From Sporosarcina sp. HYO08 (GTDB lineage: Bacteria; Bacillota; Bacilli; Bacillales_A; Planococcaceae): 24,000 bases of DNA. A program made the translations under genes and the position numbers. Of this stretch, positions 13,820 through 21,117 are shown in pieces. Numbering within the stretch: position 1 is the stretch's first letter; each line of letters opens with the position of its first letter. The stretch is from the NCBI RefSeq assembly GCF_001563475.1, contig NZ_LPUT01000003.1, positions 19,632 to 43,631 of the forward strand, read 5' to 3'. The notes below the pieces were generated by a model. It was given only the letters and a program-made list of their open reading frames with translations. It was not told the origin of the DNA and made no database searches.

Positions 13820-15982
13820 TTATGTGGCGGTTTTTTCAAGTAATCTCAGCGATAAAATTGTATCTACATCGAGCCGCTTTTCAGTCTTGCCGAATTGAAT
13901 CGTCAGTTCGTTGCCCTCTTGTTTCGTAATTTCTCCGTTGCCAAACACGCGATGTTTTACTGCCATTCCAACGACTAGATCCTTTTTATGTTGAATGCCA
14001 TTTGGATTAAGCGGCACTTCCGCTTGCCCGACACGCACTTTTTTCGGCATATCCTCTTTTTGTTTCGGGTTTTTATTCAACAGCAACCCTCGCACTTCAT
14101 TGACGAACCGAGAGTTTTCTTTCGTCTTGCCGTCATCTTGGCGGTAAGACAGCAGCTCTAGCTTCTCTTTCGCGCGCGTCATGCCCACATAAAATAATCG
14201 CCGCGCTTCTTCGAGCAAGTCATTGTCCTGTTCGTCTTCTTCGGATGGAATCATCCCTTTGATCAGATCAATCATAAACACCCTGCGGAATTCCAAGCCT
14301 TTTGAACTGTGGAATGTCGATAGCGTGACCGCGTTTTCCGGCGGATTAAACTTTGCCGTCTGCACCGCTTGTTCGAGTTCTTTCAATCGATTCGCAAATT
14401 CAACCATCGTTCGCAGCTGGGATGCAATGCCTTCCAACGTATCGAGGATGCCGAGCAAATGATCAAAACGGTAACCAAATTTTTCAGCCCGGCTTTTTAA
14501 TGCCGCCTCGTACCCAAGATCATTCCGAATGAGCTTAATGACGTATTCGGGGCGCATGTCTGGAATGACTGCATAGCCTTCTTTATACGTCCGCAGTTTT
14601 TCTTTCTGGCTGTCTTTCAACTGCACAGTCCCCATAAATGCATCAAACACATTGCCCGTCGTCTGGGTGTTTTCAAATTGCGTCACCATGCTCCGGGAAA
14701 TGTACGCATTCATTTTCATAATGATTTTCACAAAAATATCTTTACGCTCTACATTAAAGCTCAGCCGCATGAAATTCAAAATGTCTTCCACAATCCAATG
14801 GGAGAAAAATTTGTCGTCCGCGTCTTTCATATAAAACGGAATGCCGCGGCGATGCAGTTCATTAACATACATCGTGGACGACGAATTGTTGCGGAACAAA
14901 ATGGCCACATCGCTCAAATCATCTTCCGCCAGCAATTCATACGTGACATAGTCAAGCTGACGTTTCGGGTCATCAAGTTGCTTAATGACAATCGGATGCT
15001 TTTTTTCATTTTCCGTCTGCATCTTTTTCGGATAACGCTTTTGGTTGCGTGTGATGAATTTCGCAGCTGTGTCCACGATGTTTTTCGTTGAACGGTAGTT
15101 CCGTTCCATCATAAGTACTTTCGCGTCAGGATAAACCTTTTTGAAGTCGAGTAAATAATCCGGATTCGCGCCGCGCCATGTGTAAATGGACTGATCATCG
15201 TCCGCAACGACGCAAAGGTTGCCGTGGTACGCGACCAAATGCTCCACAATTTTATGCTGCACAAGCGACGTATCTTGGCTTTCGTCGGTTAATAAATAAT
15301 CATAGCGTTCACGAAATTGATCCGCCAACGCATCATCTTCCCGCAGCGCTTTTTCCGCAATCGTCAGCATATCATCAAAATCGAGCAGCAAGTGACCCGG
15401 CGTACGCGTTTTATACTCTTCATATTGCCGCGCAATCGTCCCCGCTTTCTTCACGGGACCTTTTAGATTTTCCCACGTATCCATCGGCGTCATGTGGTTT
15501 TTAATCGAGCTGATGAACGTAGAAAGTGCCGCCAATTCATCGTCCGTACCCTCTTCTTTAATGACTTTTTTATAAAGATCTTTTAATAGAAATGCTTTTT
15601 GAATCGGCTGTCTTCCCGATCCGCCGCCTTCAATTAATGCATACGTTGTACCATTTTTCTCCAAATACGTACGTGCAATCGAAAATGCCAAGCTATGGAT
15701 CGTCGAAAAATCAACAGATGCGCTCTGCGGGAAAAAGCGTTGAAATCGCTCCGCCATATCCCGCGCCGATGCCCGGCTAAATGTAATTGCTTTAATGCGC
15801 TTCGGGTTCACTTGCTTTTCTTCGATCAAATACCCAATCCGCATGATCATCGTCGTCGTTTTTCCTGATCCTGGGCACGCCAAAAGAAGCAGCGGCCCTT
15901 CCGTTTCCAACACCGCCTGCTTTTGCACGTCATTCAATACAATATTAAGCTCATTTTTCTTTCGTTCAAAAAAATCATTCAT
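13820..15982 (-). CDS. UvrD/Rep/PcrA-family (SF1A) ATP-dependent DNA helicase
   Basis: ATG 15982 follows GGAG (MNDFFERKK...). Has Walker A CPGSGKTTT, motif II TDESQDT, TFHSSKGLEF and YVGMTRAKEKL. Confidence 0.85.
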   Translation of the reverse strand: MNDFFERKKNELNIVLNDVQKQAVLETEGPLLLLACPGSGKTTTMIMRIGYLIEEKQVNPKRIKAITFSRASARDMAERFQRFFPQSASVDFSTIHSLAFSIARTYLEKNGTTYALIEGGGSGRQPIQKAFLLKDLYKKVIKEEGTDDELAALSTFISSIKNHMTPMDTWENLKGPVKKAGTIARQYEEYKTRTPGHLLLDFDDMLTIAEKALREDDALADQFRERYDYLLTDESQDTSLVQHKIVEHLVAYHGNLCVVADDDQSIYTWRGANPDYLLDFKKVYPDAKVLMMERNYRSTKNIVDTAAKFITRNQKRYPKKMQTENEKKHPIVIKQLDDPKRQLDYVTYELLAEDDLSDVAILFRNNSSSTMYVNELHRRGIPFYMKDADDKFFSHWIVEDILNFMRLSFNVERKDIFVKIIMKMNAYISRSMVTQFENTQTTGNVFDAFMGTVQLKDSQKEKLRTYKEGYAVIPDMRPEYVIKLIRNDLGYEAALKSRAEKFGYRFDHLLGILDTLEGIASQLRTMVEFANRLKELEQAVQTAKFNPPENAVTLSTFHSSKGLEFRRVFMIDLIKGMIPSEEDEQDNDLLEEARRLFYVGMTRAKEKLELLSYRQDDGKTKENSRFVNEVRGLLLNKNPKQKEDMPKKVRVGQAEVPLNPNGIQHKKDLVVGMAVKHRVFGNGEITKQEGNELTIQFGKTEKRLDVDTILSLRLLEKTAT

Positions 15983-16030
15983 CTTACAAGAACTCCAATT
16001 CAATCAATTACGCCTCGGCGTAATTGCGTC

Positions 16031-16128
16031 CAGATTTTGAATTGAGGCCTACAGGATGTAGGTCATGCAGTCATTGCGACAGGACGTCGCGTACTTAGAC
16101 TGCCTTCCTTAACTCCTTTCAAAATCTG
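16031..16128 (-). ncRNA. Bacillaceae-1-like RNA motif (two hairpins with RUCCU loops)
   Basis: Minus strand carries GCGAC-GUCCU-GUCGC (16090-16076) and CCUAC-AUCCU-GUAGG (16062-16048). These are enclosed by an 11-bp outer stem (16031-16041 / 16118-16128). As I recall it, the published Bacillaceae-1 motif is two stem-loops with RUCCU terminal loops. Confidence 0.5.
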
Positions 16129-16146
16129 TGACATCCGCCGAAGGCT

Positions 16147-16249
16147 TTATCTTTATTCAGCGGGCATTTGAATATCCACTGAATAGTAGACAAGACTGCA
16201 TTCATCATGCCACCTCTAAAAGTCGGGGTCTTCCGCTGAATAAAGATAA
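16147..16249. repeat. Perfect 17-bp inverted repeat separated by 69 nt
   Basis: TTATCTTTATTCAGCGG (16147-16163) is the exact reverse complement of CCGCTGAATAAAGATAA (16233-16249). Confidence 0.85.
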
Positions 16250-16325
16250 CGCTTTATTTAATTTAACATAAGACACCAAGCTCAGTGAAGTGGCGTTGTA
16301 CTTAATTTTAGGATAGGCGCACGTG

Positions 16326-16370
16326 AAAAAACCGCTTTTCAGTTAGAATTCCTAACTAAAAAGCGGTTTT
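16326..16370 (-). terminator. Intrinsic terminator of the signal peptidase gene
   Basis: AAAAACCGCTTTT(C)AGTTAG / CTAACT(A)AAAAGCGGTTTT long stem. On the minus strand it is followed by TTTTTTCAC. Confidence 0.8.
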
Positions 16371-16374
16371 CACC

Positions 16375-16902
16375 TTACTTCGGCACACCGATCTCTTTCA
16401 ATGGATAAAATCTAAATTTCACTGTTCCGACGACGGATTTTTCGTCGATACAGCCGAGTACGCGGCTGTCGGTGCTATTTCTTCGGTTGTCACCGAGTAC
16501 ATACAAACACCCTTCCGGCACTTCGACGGTGAAATCTTGTGTGTACTTTTGGCCTTTGAAGGTCCGATCTTTATTCGGCTGAATATAGTCTTCTCGGTAC
16601 TCTTTTCCATTGATTGTCAAATGGTCGTTTTTCATGATGATTTTGTCGCCTGGCAAACCGATGACGCGCTTGATGAAATCATTATCCGAATTCGGTGCGT
16701 GGAAGACGATTAAATCGAAACGTTCGATTTTGTGGATTTTAGAAATGATGATTTTGTTGGCATCTTCAAAAGTGGGCTCCATGGACTGGCCCGAGACGAT
16801 GACAGGTGTGAATAAAAATTGGCGGATGACAATGGCGAGTATACAGGCAATCGCTATCGATCGGATCCATGACATGAGTTCTTTTCGACTGTTTTTCGAC
16901 AT
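16375..16902 (-). CDS. lepB: Signal peptidase I (SipS/LepB type)
   Basis: N-terminal TM. Catalytic boxes SGQSMEPT, IKRVIGLPGD and GDNRRNSTDSR. Confidence 0.85.
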   Translation of the reverse strand: MSKNSRKELMSWIRSIAIACILAIVIRQFLFTPVIVSGQSMEPTFEDANKIIISKIHKIERFDLIVFHAPNSDNDFIKRVIGLPGDKIIMKNDHLTINGKEYREDYIQPNKDRTFKGQKYTQDFTVEVPEGCLYVLGDNRRNSTDSRVLGCIDEKSVVGTVKFRFYPLKEIGVPK

Positions 16903-17007
16903 GCGCTAACCTCCATCCGGTCAGAATAATGCATATGCCTACTATTCTATTTCTATTGCATGAGTCCTCTAAAAATTGCAGGATTATTTTATTTTATTCA
17001 CAAAAAA

Positions 17008-17802
17008 TTAAACAATATATCCTAACGAGCGTAGCACATTGTCCATAAACGCCTCCGTATACTTGTACACTTCTTCCCGTTCAGGCTCTTGGAATATATC
17101 ATGATAAAGCCGCTTCCAATTTTTATATTGAAATTCGGACAGCTGTTGATTCATAAGCCATTTTTTTGCGATGGCAGTATCAGTCACTCGATCATGTCCG
17201 GCACTATGCAGTAAAATCGGGCGATCGGAAATGGACACTTGTGCTTGCGCTACTGATTTCAAAAACAGCTGCAGCTCTTTATACCATCTTGCTGTCACAA
17301 CTGAGCTGTAATCAGGGTCTTGACCCGCCTCGAGGCGCCATTCGTAGTTTCGGGTTAACAATTCGCTATCCATTTCATGGTTAATTTTCATACCGGAAGA
17401 AAGCTTTGATAATACATTCGAAAACTTACTCGGCATATGTACGAGTGATAACCAAGGGGAACTTAGGATGATTCCCGCACATTCCAGCTGTTCTTTTCTT
17501 AATAAATGCATAACGAGCGTTGCGCCGAGTCCATGTCCAATGACGAAGAGCGGCAAATTGTCGCCAATGCCAATCATTAGTAATTTCTTCACATATGCGA
17601 TGTAATCTTCAAACGCTTCATCATGCACTTTACGGCCAACCTCTTCCCCATGCCCCGGCAAATCGCCCGTTACGACATGAAATCCACTGCCGCGCAGTTT
17701 TTGTATGAGCCATGCGTACTTGCTATGATGCTCGTATGCATTATGGACAATCGCGACAACCGCTTTCGGCTGCCCTTCTGCTTCCCATTTCCACATGCTC
17801 AT
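17008..17802 (-). CDS. Alpha/beta-hydrolase, YtpA/lysophospholipase (monoglyceride lipase)-like, with the nucleophile position substituted
   Basis: 264 aa, with the same neighbours as B. subtilis ytpA (ytoA, metK, pckA). The nucleophile elbow reads GHGLG instead of GHSMG, and the oxyanion HG reads HN. The Asp (GHDRVTD) and His (LYHDIF) contexts are retained. Confidence 0.75.
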   Translation of the reverse strand: MSMWKWEAEGQPKAVVAIVHNAYEHHSKYAWLIQKLRGSGFHVVTGDLPGHGEEVGRKVHDEAFEDYIAYVKKLLMIGIGDNLPLFVIGHGLGATLVMHLLRKEQLECAGIILSSPWLSLVHMPSKFSNVLSKLSSGMKINHEMDSELLTRNYEWRLEAGQDPDYSSVVTARWYKELQLFLKSVAQAQVSISDRPILLHSAGHDRVTDTAIAKKWLMNQQLSEFQYKNWKRLYHDIFQEPEREEVYKYTEAFMDNVLRSLGYIV

Positions 17803-17860
17803 CAGCCCCCATTAGTATGATAAGATAATTATACAATATTGAGGAAATGGGGAAAGTGAA

Positions 17861-18373
17861 ATGATTTATCCTTACAACGGCAAAACGCCGAAAATTGATC
17901 CTTCTGTCTTTCTAGCGGATTACGTCACGATCACAGGTGACGTTGAAATTGGCGCGGAATCGACCATTTGGTTTAACACCGTCATCCGCGGTGACGTATC
18001 GCCAACCATTATCGGGAAGAAAGTAAACATCCAAGACCTTTGCTGCCTCCATCAAAGTCCTCGTTTCCCGCTCATTTTAGAAGATGAAGTAACCATCGGA
18101 CACCAAGTGACCTTACACAGCTGCACCATTAAAAAAGGCGCGCTCGTCGGCATGGGGGCCATCGTACTGGACGGCGCGGAAGTCGGAGAAGGCGCATTTA
18201 TCGGCGCAGGCAGCCTCGTACCCCCAGGGATGAAAATCCCACCGAACATGCTTGCACTCGGTTCACCTGCAAAAGTAGTCCGTGAACTGACAGAAGAAGA
18301 CCGCATCGACATGCGCCGAATCGTCCGCGAGTATGCAGAAAAAGGGCAGTACTATAAGTCGCTGCAAAATTGA
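17861..18373 (+). CDS. Gamma-carbonic-anhydrase-like / hexapeptide-repeat (LbH) protein, YtoA-like
   Basis: 170 aa. Left-handed beta-helix hexapeptide repeats (IGAESTIWFNTVIRGDV..., VTIGHQVTLHSCTI, GMGAIVLDGAEVGEGAFIGAGSLV). Confidence 0.8.
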   Translation: MIYPYNGKTPKIDPSVFLADYVTITGDVEIGAESTIWFNTVIRGDVSPTIIGKKVNIQDLCCLHQSPRFPLILEDEVTIGHQVTLHSCTIKKGALVGMGAIVLDGAEVGEGAFIGAGSLVPPGMKIPPNMLALGSPAKVVRELTEEDRIDMRRIVREYAEKGQYYKSLQN

Positions 18374-18383
18374 ACAGGTGCCT

Positions 18384-18410
18384 TGAACAGGTTTGAACGG
18401 GTGCCACAGA
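18384..18410 (+). terminator. Hairpin after ytoA-like gene (no clear U-tract)
   Basis: TGAACGGGTG (18384-18393) / CACCCGTTCA (18401-18410), then AATTCAC. Confidence 0.4.
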
Positions 18411-18518
18411 CACCCGTTCAATTCACGATATTGGCAATAGCACAATTACTCGTCTAACGCCTGGTATCACTGTGCTTCACGGAATTCCCTAAACCGATAT
18501 ATTCCCAATTGGTGCCAG

Positions 18519-18533
18519 GCACCCACACAATTT
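18519..18533. repeat. 15-bp direct repeat, left copy (GCACCCACACAATTT)
   Basis: Identical 15-mer occurs at 19183-19197. It is embedded in a GGTGCCAGGCACC palindrome (18511-18523). Confidence 0.9.
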
Positions 18534-18536
18534 GAT

Positions 18537-19040
18537 CTAGATGACTGTTTTTCTACCTGTCATGTTATGTCGATAATTTCTCAAATGCAATTCAATTTCA
18601 ATGATCATTTGATTGAATAACACAATTAATTCTTTTTCCCTATCTGGCAAAAGTTCTTCATAAAAAATCGATTCGGCAATGATGTAATCCATAAGCCGAA
18701 TTTTATCGGCAACTTCCTGATCAATTAAATAAAATCTTGAAAAGAACACCGGTCTAAACTTTTCACTAAATGCCTGTAAATTGAAGTTAATAGTACTTCC
18801 ATCGATATGTTCTTGCATTAAATTTTCGCCGTCTAACTTGATAATATCGCTGTAAATGGACAGACGCTCGATATTTCGTTCATCTTTCTCCTTTTCGATC
18901 TCCCGCTTAATTTGTTTTTTGAGCTTATGCGATTGCGTAATGAATGTTGCTGCACTACCAATAATGACGCCGATCAGCGGCAATACGCCAATCAACAATT
19001 GTGACCAATCCACTTCAATTCCCCTTCCCTTTATCTTCAT
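18537..19040 (-). CDS. Orphan AT-rich gene: single-pass membrane protein with coiled-coil and helical cytoplasmic domain, function unknown
   Basis: 167-aa ORF. GTG 19013 has the better RBS (AAGGGGAA plus 6 nt) and would give 158 aa. TM segment LLIGVLPLIGVIIGSAATFI followed by KKQIKREIEKEKDERNIERL. About 28% GC by hand count at 18601-18660. Confidence 0.5.
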   Translation of the reverse strand: MKIKGRGIEVDWSQLLIGVLPLIGVIIGSAATFITQSHKLKKQIKREIEKEKDERNIERLSIYSDIIKLDGENLMQEHIDGSTINFNLQAFSEKFRPVFFSRFYLIDQEVADKIRLMDYIIAESIFYEELLPDREKELIVLFNQMIIEIELHLRNYRHNMTGRKTVI

Positions 19041-19182
19041 CGTAAGGAAGACTTCTCTTCATTGGATTTTAGATTGGAAAAGAACTCTCCAACTAGACTT
19101 TCTATTCCTCTGTCAGCATCTTATTATATGCAGCTAGCAACTAATGGTTTTCTTCGTGACACGCCAGGCAAAATGAGCGCGT

Positions 19183-19197
19183 GCACCCACACAATTT
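19183..19197. repeat. 15-bp direct repeat, right copy (GCACCCACACAATTT)
   Basis: Identical to 18519-18533. GCCAGGCA also recurs just upstream (19162-19169 versus 18514-18521). Confidence 0.9.
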
Positions 19198-19201
19198 CAG
19201 C

Positions 19202-19291
19202 TTATTTTTTGATAAATAGCATGATCACCATGCCAATAAGCAAAATGAGTCCAATGACACCGAACAATAAAATGAATAAAATCATACTCAT
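19202..19291 (-). CDS. Possible small hydrophobic peptide (29 aa; 32 aa if started at 19300)
   Basis: Below the ORF-track cutoff. AAAGGGGGA RBS, then ATG. Sequence MSMILFILLFGVIGLILLIGMVIMLFIKK is one TM helix plus a KK tail. No dedicated promoter is visible: it starts about 10 nt after the metK terminator. Confidence 0.3.
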   Translation of the reverse strand: MSMILFILLFGVIGLILLIGMVIMLFIKK

Positions 19292-19313
19292 GATGGACAT
19301 CCCCCTTTAAAAG

Positions 19314-19356
19314 AAAAAGCCGAAAGAAAGCGTATCGCACTTCCTCTCGGCTTTTC
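19314..19356. terminator. Intrinsic terminator downstream of metK
   Basis: AAAAGCCGAAAG / CTCTCGGCTTTT stem (one mismatch). T-run on the minus strand (CGGCTTTTTCTTTT). Confidence 0.75.
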
Positions 19357-19362
19357 TTATTA

Positions 19363-20574
19363 TTATTTTACAGGCGTTAATTTTGAAGCGCGTGCTTTCA
19401 ATTCATCTGCTTTGTCTGTTTGCTCCCAAGGCAATTCAACATCTGTACGGCCGAAGTGACCGTATGCTGCGGTTTGTTTGTAAATTGGACGGCGCAGGTC
19501 AAGCATTTTAATGATGCCTGCTGGGCGCAGGTCGAATAGTTCGCGAACGAGTGTCACCAGTTCGCTTTCTGCAACTTTTCCTGTTCCAAATGTATCGACG
19601 GAAATCGAAACTGGCTGTGCAACACCGATTGCGTAAGCCAGCTGTACTTCACAGCGATCCGCAAGGCCTGCCGCCACAAGATTTTTCGCTACATAACGTG
19701 CGGCATAAGAAGCGGAACGGTCCACTTTTGTTGCGTCTTTTCCAGAAAATGCACCGCCGCCATGACGCGCATAGCCACCGTATGTGTCGACGATAATTTT
19801 ACGACCTGTTAAACCAGCGTCTCCTTGTGGTCCACCGATGACAAAACGGCCTGTCGGGTTAATGAAGAATTTCGTTTCCTCATCCATTAAATCAGCCGGT
19901 ACGACCGCGTTAATAACCGATTCTTTAATGTCATGCTGAATTTGCTCAAGTGTGATTTCTGGATGGTGCTGTGTTGAAATGACGATTGTATCGATGCGAA
20001 CTGGGTTGTTGTCTTCATCATATTCGATCGTGACTTGTGTTTTTCCATCCGGGCGAAGATAAGGAATAATTTCTTCTTTTCGTACTTGTGCCAGACGGCG
20101 GGATAATTTATGCGATAAGCTGATTGGAAGCGGCATAAGTTCAGGTGTTTCGTTGCACGCGTAACCGAACATCAGTCCTTGGTCTCCTGCACCGATTGCT
20201 TCTAATTCTTCATCAGTCATAGAACCTTCACGGGCTTCCAATGCTTGGTCAACACCCGCTGCAATATCTGGTGATTGCTCGTCAATCGCAGTAAGCACTG
20301 CCGATGTTTCGTAGTCAAAGCCATATTTCGCTCGTGTATAGCCGATTTCCTTCACCGTATCACGAACAACTTTCGGAATGTCTACATATGTTGTAGTCGT
20401 GATTTCTCCTGAGATCAAGACGAGGCCTGTTGTAATTGTCGTTTCACACGCAACACGCGCATTTGGATCTTCCGTTAAAATAGCATCCAAAATGGCATCC
20501 GAAATTTGGTCACACATTTTATCTGGATGGCCTTCTGTTACTGATTCTGAAGTAAATAGTCGACGGTTTGTCAT
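19363..20574 (-). CDS. metK: S-adenosylmethionine synthetase
   Basis: 403 aa. [26 protein letters not shown]..., GAGDQG and GGGAFSGKD motifs. AAGGAGG RBS, with an S-box leader upstream. Confidence 0.95.
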   Translation of the reverse strand: MTNRRLFTSESVTEGHPDKMCDQISDAILDAILTEDPNARVACETTITTGLVLISGEITTTTYVDIPKVVRDTVKEIGYTRAKYGFDYETSAVLTAIDEQSPDIAAGVDQALEAREGSMTDEELEAIGAGDQGLMFGYACNETPELMPLPISLSHKLSRRLAQVRKEEIIPYLRPDGKTQVTIEYDEDNNPVRIDTIVISTQHHPEITLEQIQHDIKESVINAVVPADLMDEETKFFINPTGRFVIGGPQGDAGLTGRKIIVDTYGGYARHGGGAFSGKDATKVDRSASYAARYVAKNLVAAGLADRCEVQLAYAIGVAQPVSISVDTFGTGKVAESELVTLVRELFDLRPAGIIKMLDLRRPIYKQTAAYGHFGRTDVELPWEQTDKADELKARASKLTPVK

Positions 20575-20632
20575 TGAGATTTCCTCCTTATGTCCTGCGA
20601 GATTGATACGGTACTCATTTGTCCCATGTATA

Positions 20633-20657
20633 AAGTTCTTCCCATATGGAAGAACTT
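20633..20657 (-). other. Perfect 10-bp stem / 5-nt loop hairpin inside the metK 5' UTR
   Basis: AAGTTCTTCC (20633-20642) / GGAAGAACTT (20648-20657), between the S-box terminator and the metK RBS. Confidence 0.6.
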
Positions 20658-20701
20658 CAAGCCATTTCGAGCTTTAGTACACGAGGAATAAGGGCATAAT
20701 T

Positions 20702-20883
20702 AGAAAAAGCCTTTGCTCACGTAAAAATACATGAGGAAAGGCATAATTTTACAAGCACCTTTCACTCTTATCGTCCAAGGAACTATGCCTTGCATCAGGT
20801 TCGGCACCTTCGCGTTAGACTTTCGTCTTTGCAGGTTGCCGGGCTTCATAGGGCCTGATCCCTCCACCAGCTCGGGATAAGAG
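20702..20883 (-). promoter_or_regulatory. SAM-I (S-box) riboswitch with terminator
   Basis: Minus strand: CUCUUAUCccGAGcuGGuGGAGGGAucaGGCCCuaUGAAgCCCGGCAACC...GGUGCCgAAccuGA...GAUAAGAG (aptamer 20883-20765). A terminator stem follows (plus 20709-20721 / 20730-20742) with a U-run. Confidence 0.85.
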
Positions 20884-20998
20884 TATCCGTTTCAATTAAA
20901 TATCCTACGTAAAAAATCATTATCTGTCAAGTTTTTTCATTTAGAGCAAACATTTTCCGACCAACAATGTCAATTCTTAATCTTTTTCCAAGTACGAC

Positions 20999-21044
20999 TT
21001 GAATTTTGAAATAGTATAGACTATTATTCTAAATGTGTTATACT
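20999..21044 (+). promoter_or_regulatory. pckA promoter region (two overlapping candidates) with a CcpN-operator-like motif
   Basis: TTGAAT (20999-21004), 17-nt spacer, TATTAT (21022-21027). A second extended -10, TGtTATACT, lies at 21036-21044. TGTGTTATACT (21034-21044) fits the CcpN consensus as I recall it (TRTGHYATAYW). Confidence 0.45.
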
Positions 21045-21117
21045 AATCACATATTCGTTAGATTTGATAATTAAAAGGTATTTTCTTCCATATACTACAA
21101 TGAAAAGGATGATAGTG

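Noticed and set aside
14223-15780. Several plus-strand ORFs (14223..14462, 14652..14834, 14678..15091, 15178..15504, 15592..15780) inside the helicase gene.
   Set aside because: Antisense to a 720-aa gene carrying all SF1 helicase motifs. No independent support.
16119-16208. 29-codon minus-strand ORF (MMNAVLSTIQWIFKCPLNKDKAFGGCHRF) with a GAGGTGG SD-like sequence inside the 17-bp inverted repeat.
   Set aside because: It runs through the right arm of the inverted repeat and the Bacillaceae-1-like outer stem, and the SD spacing to the first ATG is too short. I did not call it as a gene, though Ribo-seq could revisit it.
13810-16330. Fluoride (crcB-motif) riboswitch upstream of the crcB pair.
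   Set aside because: Only 10 nt separate the helicase stop and the crcB start. The region upstream of the helicase shows no GGCGAUGG...CCGCC...UGAUG...CCUAC-type pattern on either strand.
19062-19310. 82-aa plus-strand ORF between the orphan gene and metK.
   Set aside because: It crosses the direct repeat and is antisense to the small hydrophobic ORF. It has no RBS and an implausible composition.
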